This document shows, piece by piece, positions 19,567-31,098 of a DNA stretch of 64,000 nucleotides. A program made the position numbers and the translations under genes. The notes beneath the pieces were generated by a model that was not told the origin of the DNA, made no database searches, and saw nothing but the letters and a program-made list of their open reading frames with translations. The DNA is from an uncultured Thermococci archaeon (lineage in GTDB: Archaea > Methanobacteriota_B > Thermococci > Methanofastidiosales > B48-G16), in NCBI GenBank assembly GCA_964595645.1, contig CAZQQT010000009.1, positions 36,619 through 100,618 on the forward strand. Direction: 5' to 3'. Each line of letters opens with the position of its first letter. Positions within the stretch are counted from its first letter, which is position 1.

Positions 19567-19827
19567 TTAGAACACCCCTATCTTTGTTGCAACTTCATCT
19601 GCAAGATACTCTTCCTTCAATCTCACATAGACCTTTTTTCGTCCATCTGGAAGAATAAGAGTATTTATATCAGCTATTTCTACTTCGTACAACTCTTCTA
19701 TCGCCCTTTTTATTTCCTGTTTTTCTGCTGTTCTTCTCACTATAAATGTAAGTTTGTTCTCCTCTTCCATTATTGTCACATTCTTTTCTGTGATAAGAGG
19801 ATACATGATCACATCGTACGGATCCAT
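19567..19827 (-). CDS. rpl23: 50S ribosomal protein uL23
   Basis: PLITEK, NKLTFIV, KKVYVRL. Confidence 0.96.
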   Translation of the reverse strand: MDPYDVIMYPLITEKNVTIMEEENKLTFIVRRTAEKQEIKRAIEELYEVEIADINTLILPDGRKKVYVRLKEEYLADEVATKIGVF

Positions 19828-19829
19828 CG

Positions 19830-20603
19830 TTATACACCTCCAAACAGAGAGTCTAATTCTTCAATGGCGGATCGTGTCCAGATCACAAGACGTCCAGGAT
19901 GTGCTCCCGGCGCAAGATCTTCCGCTCCGAGATTTTTGACTTGGACAATATCCACGCCTGGATGATTTCGTGCTCCATACACAATTCCCAAATTCTTAGA
20001 TATTACAATTAAAAGGCTTTTTTTCTTTTTGTATTTCCTTCCCCTCATCGTTCCTTTGCCTGCACGGATTTTTTTCTTCTTAGCTCGTAAAATATCATCC
20101 CATACACCCAAAGATTTGAATATCTCTCTCGTTTCTGCTGTTTTCTTTATCTCTTCGAACTCATCCTCCACCACAAGTGGAAGTTCTTTTACACCATTTA
20201 CCCGGTGACCTCGGGAAGTTACTGCCTCCTTATCTGAGGTAAAGGCAATGGCAGAAGCAATAGCACGTTTTCTCTCCTTCTTGTTTATCTTCTCTTTGTA
20301 GTTTTTATCTGCCTGGGGAGGGAACGCTCTCCTTCCACCAACGACGTTTGTGGCGAAGGCTGCCCGTCGAGGGCCAGATTTCATTCGGGGTACCCGGGAG
20401 ATACCTCTGTTTTTTCCAGGTGATTCGGCAGAAGTTCGTTTCCCGGCACCCACATACGTTCCATATGGCTGGACTCTATGGGTAATACTCGCTAATACAG
20501 CTCTTTTTATTAAATCTTCCCTCTTTATTGTATTAAAAACTTTTGGAAGCTCAATATGATCGGCGATCTCGCCCTCTAATGAATACACGTTAACTTCAGA
20601 CAT
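19830..20603 (-). CDS. rpl4: 50S ribosomal protein uL4
   Basis: [34 protein letters not shown]. Confidence 0.97.
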   Translation of the reverse strand: MSEVNVYSLEGEIADHIELPKVFNTIKREDLIKRAVLASITHRVQPYGTYVGAGKRTSAESPGKNRGISRVPRMKSGPRRAAFATNVVGGRRAFPPQADKNYKEKINKKERKRAIASAIAFTSDKEAVTSRGHRVNGVKELPLVVEDEFEEIKKTAETREIFKSLGVWDDILRAKKKKIRAGKGTMRGRKYKKKKSLLIVISKNLGIVYGARNHPGVDIVQVKNLGAEDLAPGAHPGRLVIWTRSAIEELDSLFGGV

Positions 20604-21575
20604 TTAGACACCTTGTTGAGATTTTGTAGAAACGTAAGTGACTTGAGGAGCGCCCTCGGGGGCATGCGTAGGTTTTCGTATGCCTTCTCTCATTCTCACC
20701 AATCGTTTTTTACTGCCCGGTACACTTCCCTTCACCATGGCATAATCATTCTTCAACACCCCATAGTTCACGAACCCCCCTTCTGGTGTAATATCCTCAG
20801 AATCGATCTTTAAAATCCGTTTATTGTACTCCGTCCGTTTCTGATAGCCCATCTGCCCAGCCATAGGCACGGTCCACATTGTTCTCCTCGGTTTCCATGG
20901 ACCGATGCTTCCCACATGCCGTCGTGCATCGTTCGTTTTTCGACTCTGGATCTTGATGCCCCATCGTTTTACCTGTCCTTGGAATCCCTTTCCTTTCGTC
21001 ACAGCGATCACATCGATATAATCTCCGTCCTCAAAAACGTCTCTGATCCCAATTTCTTTTCCGAAAATATCCATGCAATACTCGATTTTCTCATCCGTTG
21101 TTTTTCCACCTACACCTATTTCCAGTATCTCCGGTTTTTTCTTGATACCTGCTCTTCGCGGTATACTCACTGCAATAACTCTCACATCGTCTGGTTCCAG
21201 TGCATCGATATCAACATCTTCTTTGTTCTTTGGAATACAGAGTTTTCTTTCCATATCTTCTTTTGGTTCTGCCCATATCTCCGTCAGCGGTTGTCCGTCC
21301 TTATAAAAACGAACACCTGTGATATATACGGGAGGAGTCTCTATTATTGTCACCGGGACCTGTAGTTCCTTCCCCTTTGTGATCGCATGCGTTCTATCAT
21401 CTACCTTAAACACGTGTGTCATTCCAGCTTTGTATCCTGGGAAGTCCAGGAGCTTGCACTCGTCAATCTTTGGCCAACTCCGTACACTAGGATAGATTCT
21501 CTTTGCCCTTTTTCTGGGACTGTAAGCGAGTGATCCTCTTCGAGGCCGATGGCCTTTTCCACTAGATGTACCCAT
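20604..21575 (-). CDS. rpl3: 50S ribosomal protein uL3
   Basis: PRRGSL, GYKAGMTH, TKGKGFQG, GQMGY, KGSVPG. Confidence 0.98.
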   Translation of the reverse strand: MGTSSGKGHRPRRGSLAYSPRKRAKRIYPSVRSWPKIDECKLLDFPGYKAGMTHVFKVDDRTHAITKGKELQVPVTIIETPPVYITGVRFYKDGQPLTEIWAEPKEDMERKLCIPKNKEDVDIDALEPDDVRVIAVSIPRRAGIKKKPEILEIGVGGKTTDEKIEYCMDIFGKEIGIRDVFEDGDYIDVIAVTKGKGFQGQVKRWGIKIQSRKTNDARRHVGSIGPWKPRRTMWTVPMAGQMGYQKRTEYNKRILKIDSEDITPEGGFVNYGVLKNDYAMVKGSVPGSKKRLVRMREGIRKPTHAPEGAPQVTYVSTKSQQGV

Positions 21576-21699
21576 AACGCTAACCTCCATTAAGTTGGAA
21601 AAATGGTGAATGATGCCTCTCTTGCATCATTCTTCTATAATCTTATGTATTAGCTTCATATGCTTCTTATTACTCAGCCATTTTACCCTTTCCATAGGG

Positions 21700-21716
21700 G
21701 CTTTAAATACCTTTCG
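21700..21716 (-). promoter_or_regulatory. BRE/TATA promoter of the L3 operon
   Basis: Minus strand cgaaagg-tatttaaag about 125 nt upstream of the rpl3 ATG. Confidence 0.55.
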
Positions 21717-21735
21717 TTTGCATCTCTTTATAAAT

Positions 21736-23451
21736 CTATTGCTCTAAGTGTTTCCTGATCTTAACGATCTTCACTGTATAAATAAGTGTCTCACCAGCCA
21801 GGGGATGGTTGGTGTCCACTACTATCTCCTCATCAGTGATTTTGCGTATCTTTCCTTCCCCATACTCTGTCTGTATTCTGTCTCCAAGTGTGTATTCCTC
21901 TACATCCAACGTGAGGATGTATTTTCCATCGTGTTCCTTCACAGTAGCAGTACCATTTTTTGTATTCACAGATTCCTTAAATATTCGTTTAAGTGTGATA
22001 GATTCTTCAGTTTCATCAACAATCTCTGCTTCAAAGTACTCCAAAGAGATTTTTTCGTTAATTTGTCTCTTTATCCTCACATCTCCTTCCTCAGTTATCT
22101 CTACAATCTCAGCCGGGCCATACTCTGTAATAATCGTCTTTCCTTCCAATGGCTGTCCATATTTCTCTGCATACTCTTCCAGAGGGATAATTTCTTCTTT
22201 TTTAATTGTTTCTTTTATGGGAACTTCATCTTTGATTGGTATGGATTTTATCTTTTCTTCTTTGTGCTCCCCATACGCTTCCTTTGGGCTGAGCGTGATG
22301 GTTTTTTCCTCTCCTGTTTTCATCCCTATAAGTTTTTCTTCAAAAACTTTGAAAAGCTCTATTTCTCCATGGTTAACTGATTCTATTTTAAAGGGAGCGT
22401 AATTATATTTCTTCTCGAAACTGTCTGTCTTCTCTGTAGAATTATCCTCTGCAATGTCTTTATGTGTCGTATCAAATACTTTTCCATTCTCGAGCTTACC
22501 TGTGTAGTCAATGAGAACCTGATCTCCTTTTTCAATTGCCCATTCACCTTCGAATTTTTTTGTGATATCCTCTATTTTTGCTTGCATTCGAATATATTTC
22601 AATAATTCAAACGTTATTTTTTCCTCCGTCACATCAACAACCTTTACAGGAAGATACTGCATATTACCCTGGAATCCACTAAACTGGTTCATGATCACGG
22701 ACCCCTTTTCCGGTATGTGTTTGATGTAGATTTTGTTCTCCTTTTCGTTTATCTCTTCAACAACAGCTCTCCCATAGATTGAGCTGATTTCTTCTCCTTC
22801 CCCCGATACGAACTCAATAGTCACCATACCTTGATCGACTTTGGCTACTACCGCTTTTCCAAAGAGGGTATCTATTTGCTGGCCTTCCTCTGGTTCTCCA
22901 AACTGTTGGGTAAACTGTGTTGTAGGAAGAGTCGCATTCAACGATCTGCTCTGTACTCTCTCAACCTCTGCAGTAGGTGGGAGATAGTAGTAAAGGCTGG
23001 GATCACCCTGTATAAAAATATCTTCACTTCGTATATAAAACTCAACGGTATCCCCAATTTTTTTCCCTAAAAACTTTTCATCTACTTTTGCCAATGCTCT
23101 CCCAAGCCCCTGATTATAGATATATCCTATTCTAAACTGCTCAGAATTGTATTGATGTGAATCATCCAATTTTGTTTCCCAGGTGGCGTTTTCATCTACT
23201 ATACTCGTTAAAAACGGTTGTTGTTGTTCCTGGTAGCCACCTATATAATTGATTTCTATCGTGTCTCCAATACCTACGGTATGTTTCCATTCCTTCTTTA
23301 TCTGTGTGTAATTATAGAATAAAAAAACACTCAGAACAATTATTACAATAAGTAATCCTGTGTAAATGATCTTTCTATTCTGATAGAGAAAGCTCTTTCG
23401 ACGCTTTTTTCTTTTCAGCTTTCTTTCCAATTTTTTACTTTTCTTTGCCAC
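21736..23451 (-). CDS. Membrane-anchored tandem FKBP-type peptidyl-prolyl isomerase
   Basis: Basic N-terminus plus TM helix; degenerate FKBP (GDTIEINYIG); intact FKBP (KGDQVLIDYTGKLENGKVFDTT, SPKEAYG, DTNHPLAGETL). Confidence 0.85.
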   Translation of the reverse strand: MAKKSKKLERKLKRKKRRKSFLYQNRKIIYTGLLIVIIVLSVFLFYNYTQIKKEWKHTVGIGDTIEINYIGGYQEQQQPFLTSIVDENATWETKLDDSHQYNSEQFRIGYIYNQGLGRALAKVDEKFLGKKIGDTVEFYIRSEDIFIQGDPSLYYYLPPTAEVERVQSRSLNATLPTTQFTQQFGEPEEGQQIDTLFGKAVVAKVDQGMVTIEFVSGEGEEISSIYGRAVVEEINEKENKIYIKHIPEKGSVIMNQFSGFQGNMQYLPVKVVDVTEEKITFELLKYIRMQAKIEDITKKFEGEWAIEKGDQVLIDYTGKLENGKVFDTTHKDIAEDNSTEKTDSFEKKYNYAPFKIESVNHGEIELFKVFEEKLIGMKTGEEKTITLSPKEAYGEHKEEKIKSIPIKDEVPIKETIKKEEIIPLEEYAEKYGQPLEGKTIITEYGPAEIVEITEEGDVRIKRQINEKISLEYFEAEIVDETEESITLKRIFKESVNTKNGTATVKEHDGKYILTLDVEEYTLGDRIQTEYGEGKIRKITDEEIVVDTNHPLAGETLIYTVKIVKIRKHLEQ

Positions 23452-23556
23452 ATCATCACCTGCTTACAAAAATTTATATTCGTGCAATAAAAAGGTTGGT
23501 CCCTCACCTTAAAAATTGTTAATGGCCACTACTCTTCTTACAAAATCCTCTTATTA

Positions 23557-24543
23557 TCACCTCTCTTTGCTTGCAACGAGAACACACCATTCTAAAACAG
23601 TCTCCTCAACAGGGAGACCATCGATACGTGCACCTTCAATAATCTCACTCTCCGGTGTTGGCCGTGCCTCTGCTTTGCACAGATTGGCTATCTCCACCCT
23701 CCAGTCAGCATCTTTGAAGGCTTTAAGAGCTGAATCACGGAATAACAACTTATCCAATCCAGCTTCATTGATCAAAGAAGCATTTGTTTCATCTTTTTCT
23801 GAGTAAAACTGTGAAACTACCAAAAACTCCCCTGACACAATCCGTTGAAGCTCATGGAGTAGTTTCCCTGGATTTTCAGTATTGGGAAGCCCCATATTTG
23901 TCGTCATAGTTGACACGGTTCCATCTCTAAACGGCGTACGCCTAGCATCAACGGCAAGTAAACTAACACGGTCATAAAAATCGAAGAATTCAAACCGCTG
24001 ACGATCTCGTCGGAGTACCTGTGGGCTAAAATCAGTGACAACAATAGGCCTTTCAGTGGAAGATACGAGCTTTTCCACAAGATGCCCTCGTCCAGATGCC
24101 AGATCCACAACTGGTTCTTCTGATAATGAAAGCATTCCGAGAAGGTACGCAACTTGACTCTCCCAGCAGTCCAAATACGCCTGTGTGTACAATCTTTTTG
24201 TCGCTATCTCCTCTACTTCCTTTGCTTCTGAGTACTTTCCCTCTTTTTCTAGTAACTGCGCCCGAAAAAATTGATCCGCAGGATTGAGCGCCTTCAATGG
24301 TGTTTCCATCAGCTGTTTTTTAGCTTTTGGATAACAACGGAAGTACTGCGTGAGATGATCCTCTGTCTCCTCCCAAAGGTCATTTCTTGGTAGATCCGAA
24401 GCGAGAAATATGCCGATTCCATCACGGACTAAATAAACAACTTCACATCTACTACAATGAGCCTCAGCTGTTTCAATATGGCCTTTTTTCCTTTTGATAA
24501 TATCCCAGTCCAGTGTGCCGTGACAGTCCGGACATTCCAACAT
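23557..24543 (-). CDS. Class I SAM methyltransferase with N-terminal Trm112-like Zn knuckle
   Basis: CPDC...CSRC..YLVRDGI; motif I VVDLASGRG; DARRTPF. Confidence 0.8.
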   Translation of the reverse strand: MLECPDCHGTLDWDIIKRKKGHIETAEAHCSRCEVVYLVRDGIGIFLASDLPRNDLWEETEDHLTQYFRCYPKAKKQLMETPLKALNPADQFFRAQLLEKEGKYSEAKEVEEIATKRLYTQAYLDCWESQVAYLLGMLSLSEEPVVDLASGRGHLVEKLVSSTERPIVVTDFSPQVLRRDRQRFEFFDFYDRVSLLAVDARRTPFRDGTVSTMTTNMGLPNTENPGKLLHELQRIVSGEFLVVSQFYSEKDETNASLINEAGLDKLLFRDSALKAFKDADWRVEIANLCKAEARPTPESEIIEGARIDGLPVEETVLEWCVLVASKER

Positions 24544-24600
24544 CTCAAGTAAATAGGTATGTATAGTACCGATAGGGGCTTCAGAGGTTTTTAAGCTATT

Positions 24601-25692
24601 TCAATGAATGGAATAGTGCTTTTCACAATGCCGTGCAACGTAAAGAGACAACAGGTCGTCCTTATTCGTGTATAATCGTTCACTGTGCGGATCACCAAAT
24701 GTCTCCGCCAACTGTTTTGGAGAAACATTGAAAATCGTGTGAAATCCGAGAGGTGTATTGTGCTCAAATCGATCAAACATTGTTTTCACAGGATCCTCTT
24801 TTAAATTGCCAAGATTCCACCACGGCTCGAGTGTCCCCATGTTTGAAAAGACATTCCACGTACTTGTCACGTAGAATCCGAAAATTTCTAGATGAGAATA
24901 TCCATATGGGAAGGAATCTTCTTCCTCCATGATCTCTGCGATCAGTTCGGCCTCCGTCTGCCATACGTTCGGTGTATCGTAATGTCTCTGAGAGGCCTTA
25001 ATAAGTTCTGCTGGTACAGAATCGGCGTCATCGAGAGTGGGACGGAGGTGTTCAATATTCCTCGCCTCGCCATCAGGACCCGGTGGGTGCATGAAGAGCT
25101 CGAACTCACCATCCAGTGACCTCACTCGATTCCGTAGATCCATTCTATCAACAAGATCGAGCAGATCCTCAAGTTCGGGAAGTATTTTCTTTGTGAAGAA
25201 AAACTGCCATCGAGGCTTCATCCCTACCTTCAACAATCGTTCAGTTGCTTTCACACAGTCCCGAAATGCTCCTTCACGTCTGTAAAACCAATCAGTAGTC
25301 TCCTCCATACCAAAAAATGTGATCTGACAGGTGTCAGGACCGACTTCTTTGGCCCATTCCGCATACTCCTCATCTCTCGCAAGTCTCCACACACTCAGCA
25401 GCTCAAACCGATGAGGGTCACCATCACTGAGTTCTCTCTCCAGTGCGTAGAGTTCTTGGTAGTTATCGGGAAAGTCAGGTTCCCAGACCCACGACATGAT
25501 TTTGAGAGTGTCGATGAACGGTTTTGTCTCTCCCTTCCGAGTATAGCCGCGAAACTGTGCAGCAATTCTCCGCAGATCATCTTTTGTAATTCTTCCTCCA
25601 GGAGGCGGACCGAGCCAACAGTGACGACATCTGTTTGGACAGCCGTACATGTCCACAGCAACTGTAACATTTCGTGAAGGAATCTTTGGCAT
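24601..25692 (-). CDS. Radical SAM protein
   Basis: CPNRCRHC (CxxxCxxC) near the N-terminus; ATG at 25692 follows a GAGGT RBS. Confidence 0.85.
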   Translation of the reverse strand: MPKIPSRNVTVAVDMYGCPNRCRHCWLGPPPGGRITKDDLRRIAAQFRGYTRKGETKPFIDTLKIMSWVWEPDFPDNYQELYALERELSDGDPHRFELLSVWRLARDEEYAEWAKEVGPDTCQITFFGMEETTDWFYRREGAFRDCVKATERLLKVGMKPRWQFFFTKKILPELEDLLDLVDRMDLRNRVRSLDGEFELFMHPPGPDGEARNIEHLRPTLDDADSVPAELIKASQRHYDTPNVWQTEAELIAEIMEEEDSFPYGYSHLEIFGFYVTSTWNVFSNMGTLEPWWNLGNLKEDPVKTMFDRFEHNTPLGFHTIFNVSPKQLAETFGDPHSERLYTNKDDLLSLYVARHCEKHYSIH

Positions 25693-25723
25693 GCAATACC
25701 TCTCTATCCAATTGTTGCCATGA

Positions 25724-26812
25724 TTATAAAATCTTCTGTAGACCGGTACCATCGAGCTGAAAATACTCCTCTCCCGCGCACGGAATACAGAGCATTTTTC
25801 TTTTCTTCTCCACAATTCTCAGCGCCATCACTTTTTCACCACAATATTCACATGTTAAACTTTCATATATGGGTGCATACTTTGGGAGATCCACCGTTAC
25901 CCGCTCTACAGCAAAGAGCTCGTGGACGTTCTTTTTCAGGAGTGAAAATGCCTCGTCGGTAGAGAGCTTTCTAAATCGCGCCTTTTGCTTATCGGTGCCT
26001 CCTCTCTCCTTTACCACCTTCTCAAATAAGGCAGTATACTCGCTGTTTTCATTTTCATCTGTTGATGTTACTGCCACACGTATCCCCTTTCCATCTCGTT
26101 TCGTGAGTGTAAAGGCTGTTTTTCCATAGTCTCGATAGATAAGTGCATTGTTACCAAAGGTACAGCCGGTGATATACTGAATTCCATCAGCAAAACAGTT
26201 ATTTGTCTCCACAATTGCAAGAATGTCCTCCATTCCTTCGGAGACTACGCCAAGCTCTTTCATGGCATAGGTAGCTGCTCGTACACCCAACGCGAGTCCT
26301 GGACAGTAATGGCCGTGAAGCTCCCCAACACGTAATAACAGGGCCTCTTCATCTCCAGCTCGGAGATTTCGCCTGATCTCTATGCGAGGATGTTTTTGTA
26401 CATGCCCCCTTTTTACATTTTTCTGCTCTTTCTCATCTAAAAAGACAGAATATGGCTTTATATCCAGTACTGGTGTGCCATCCACCGCATCTAATCCCTT
26501 CACTCTCAGTTTTCTCCCATCTTTTTCGAGAAGTTTCACTGTGGTCACGCCGATGGCACTTGGCCTTCTTGGACTTCGAGACGCAAACACTCCTTTAAAA
26601 CTTCCACTATACGTGGTGCACTGCAATGAGTACTCCTCAGAAAGGTGGAAATGAAACACGATCTGGAGATACTCATTCTCTTCTATCTTATAAAGACCGT
26701 CCTCATAGTTCTGATCTATATAGATAGTACTTTCATGGTTTCTCATCTCGTGTGGATCCGCAGGCTCCTTAAATTTACTCCGTACCACACCAATTCTTGT
26801 GATTCCTTGCAT
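25724..26812 (-). CDS. trmO: TrmO/TsaA-family methyltransferase fused to an FmdE domain
   Basis: GVFASRSPRRPSAIG and GLDAVDGTPVLDIKPY (TsaA); HGHYCPGLALG, CFADGIQYITGCTFG and CxxC...CxxC (FmdE). Confidence 0.88.
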   Translation of the reverse strand: MQGITRIGVVRSKFKEPADPHEMRNHESTIYIDQNYEDGLYKIEENEYLQIVFHFHLSEEYSLQCTTYSGSFKGVFASRSPRRPSAIGVTTVKLLEKDGRKLRVKGLDAVDGTPVLDIKPYSVFLDEKEQKNVKRGHVQKHPRIEIRRNLRAGDEEALLLRVGELHGHYCPGLALGVRAATYAMKELGVVSEGMEDILAIVETNNCFADGIQYITGCTFGNNALIYRDYGKTAFTLTKRDGKGIRVAVTSTDENENSEYTALFEKVVKERGGTDKQKARFRKLSTDEAFSLLKKNVHELFAVERVTVDLPKYAPIYESLTCEYCGEKVMALRIVEKKRKMLCIPCAGEEYFQLDGTGLQKIL

Positions 26813-26822
26813 TATTCTCACC

Positions 26823-28823
<2,001 letters not shown>

Positions 28824-28902
28824 TTTCCCTTTATTTTTTTTCATTATTTTGACGATGGCTCACCATACCTATAAATTATAATACGTTAATAGAAGGATTA
28901 TC

Positions 28903-29874
28903 ATGCTCCAGATCGATAAGAAAAAACTCTTGCAAAAGTTAGAACCTCTTCATCCTAAAAAAGTAGGTCTCCAGTTCCCCGAAGGACTGAAATCACGGGC
29001 TGCCGAGATAGCGGATCTCCTCGAGTATGACGTGTATATCTATGGTGGGAATACATACGGTGCCTGTGACATCGCCGATGAGGAAATGGGATTTTGTGAC
29101 TGTCTCGTTCATTTTGGTCATGCAGAGATTCCACTCGAAACGGAAATTCCAGTAATATTTATGGAAGTATTTGATGATATTGATCTTATTCCCGCTCTTA
29201 AAAAAAATATTCGATATCTGAGAGAGAAAGGCACTAATATCGGACTGGCAACAACTGTGCAGCATATTCCACAGCTGCAGGAGGCAGAAAACTTTCTAAG
29301 GGAGAAGGGATTTAATGTGTATCGAGAAAAGGGTACAAGTAGAGTAAGGTACAGGGGGCAGGTGCTGGGCTGTAATTTCTCGACATGTACCAGTGTTGAG
29401 AATAAGGTCGATTACTTCCTCTATGTTGGGACAGGATACTTCCATCCTCTTGGTATAGGGTTGAACACGAAGAAAAGAGTTTTTCTTATAGATCCCTACA
29501 CTCAAAGAATTGAGGATCTCGAGCAGAAAAAAACAAACCTTTTAAAAAAGAGATATGCAGTTATAGAAAAGGCGAAAAGTGCAGAAAAATTTGGTCTCAT
29601 TGTTTCAACAAGAAAAGGACAGTTCAGGATGAAAGAAGCTCTAGAAATCAAGAAGCAACTGAAAAAAGAAAATAAAAGGGCGTACATCTTTCTTACCAGG
29701 GAAATAACTCCTGAAAGTCTGGAAGGATTTGACATCGACGCGTATGTCATCTGTGCCTGTCCTAGAATAGCAATCGATGATCAATCGAGATACAAAAAAC
29801 CTGCACTCACAGTACGTGAGGTAAGCTTAATAAACAAATCGAACGAGTATACGTTTGATGAAATAGGAGGTTAG
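28903..29874 (+). CDS. dph2: Diphthamide biosynthesis protein Dph2
   Basis: LQFPEGLK, YGACD, HFGH, GQVLGC, ACPRIAIDD. Confidence 0.95.
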   Translation: MLQIDKKKLLQKLEPLHPKKVGLQFPEGLKSRAAEIADLLEYDVYIYGGNTYGACDIADEEMGFCDCLVHFGHAEIPLETEIPVIFMEVFDDIDLIPALKKNIRYLREKGTNIGLATTVQHIPQLQEAENFLREKGFNVYREKGTSRVRYRGQVLGCNFSTCTSVENKVDYFLYVGTGYFHPLGIGLNTKKRVFLIDPYTQRIEDLEQKKTNLLKKRYAVIEKAKSAEKFGLIVSTRKGQFRMKEALEIKKQLKKENKRAYIFLTREITPESLEGFDIDAYVICACPRIAIDDQSRYKKPALTVREVSLINKSNEYTFDEIGG

Positions 29875-29878
29875 ATAG

Positions 29879-30454
29879 ATGGAAAATAAAGATGGAACCT
29901 TTGTACTCCCAGGTGATCTTCTGGGGGTGAGTGAAGAGTTTATTCCAGGGTATGGTGCGTTTGAAGAGGAAGGTAGTGTGTATTCATCGATAACAGGAAT
30001 CGCACATCTAGATTTCAAAGGGAAAAAGGCGTATGTTGATCCTCTCACAGATGTCCCCCCCATCCCTGAAAATGGAGATCTGGTAATTTGTGAGGTTACT
30101 GGTATTAGAGATAAGATCGCAATGGTGGAGATTATCGCATTGAAGAAGAATCCTCAGAGAGCAATGGCTGCGTCCCCGAAGGCGCGGATATACATCTCCC
30201 AGACAAGCAAACGGTATGTGAAGGATCTCTCACGCGAATTCCAAACTGGTGATCTTATAAGAGCCAAAGTGGCAAACGCGGAGAAAAAACCGTTGGAACT
30301 CTCCACAGTTGATGAAAATCTCGGTGTGGTGAAAGCATACTGTTCCGAGTGCAACCATCCTTTGGAAAAAAAGAACAAAAAGTTGGAATGTCCACACTGT
30401 GGCAACAAAGAATACAGGAAAACTGCATCAGATTACAGAAAAGAAGTATTCTAA
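29879..30454 (+). CDS. csl4: Exosome component Csl4
   Basis: VLPGDLLG..EE..PG.G, S1 domain, LGVVKAYC Zn ribbon. Confidence 0.93.
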   Translation: MENKDGTFVLPGDLLGVSEEFIPGYGAFEEEGSVYSSITGIAHLDFKGKKAYVDPLTDVPPIPENGDLVICEVTGIRDKIAMVEIIALKKNPQRAMAASPKARIYISQTSKRYVKDLSREFQTGDLIRAKVANAEKKPLELSTVDENLGVVKAYCSECNHPLEKKNKKLECPHCGNKEYRKTASDYRKEVF

Positions 30455-30463
30455 GGTGAAATA

Positions 30464-30745
30464 ATGGAAATAGAGATAGTAAATTCCTCAGAAAATGAGT
30501 TGGAGTTCAAAATTATTGGAGAGGAAGATACTTTTGCAAATTTACTGCGAAAAACGCTCCACGAGGACAGTCATGTGACTTTTGCAGCATATCGAGTGAA
30601 CCACCCATTAACAGAAAGAAAAAAACCAATATTCAAAGTAAGAACAAATGGAAACAAGCCACCGAAACAAGCTCTTGAAGAAGCAGTGAAAAGAGTGAAG
30701 AAGACAGTAGAAGAGTTTAAAGAGAGCACCATAGATAAGGTATGA
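30464..30745 (+). CDS. rpoL: RNA polymerase subunit L (Rpo11)
   Basis: GEEDTFANLLR, FAAYRVNHPL; follows csl4. Confidence 0.93.
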   Translation: MEIEIVNSSENELEFKIIGEEDTFANLLRKTLHEDSHVTFAAYRVNHPLTERKKPIFKVRTNGNKPPKQALEEAVKRVKKTVEEFKESTIDKV

Positions 30746-31098
30746 GAATGGGGCTAGAGAAATTTGGAGATGTTTTTGTAAATTTTATCTACTCTCTCGC
30801 AAAATCCCGTACATTGGAGGAGTACGATGGAGTGAAAGTACCAAATTCCTGTCTTGCTGAGGCGCTGACACTTTCGGACATTGAGTCTCCCCGACGAAGC
30901 GACAAACACGCTAAAGGAGACTTTGTAGAAAAAACTATTGCCAGATCATGGACAGAAGGGAGAATCACAGAAGAAGAATGTGTGGATATTCTTTGTTCCA
31001 CACTTATAAAATTTGACTTGAAGACACGCGATGAAGAAAAAAGAGCGATAGTTGAGGCGTTTAAAAATCTTTTAAACGAAATAAAAAAGAAAAATTAA
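30742..31098 (+). CDS. Hypothetical protein
   Basis: 118-aa ORF overlapping the rpoL stop (ATGA); no motif recognised. Confidence 0.65.
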   Translation: MRMGLEKFGDVFVNFIYSLAKSRTLEEYDGVKVPNSCLAEALTLSDIESPRRSDKHAKGDFVEKTIARSWTEGRITEEECVDILCSTLIKFDLKTRDEEKRAIVEAFKNLLNEIKKKN

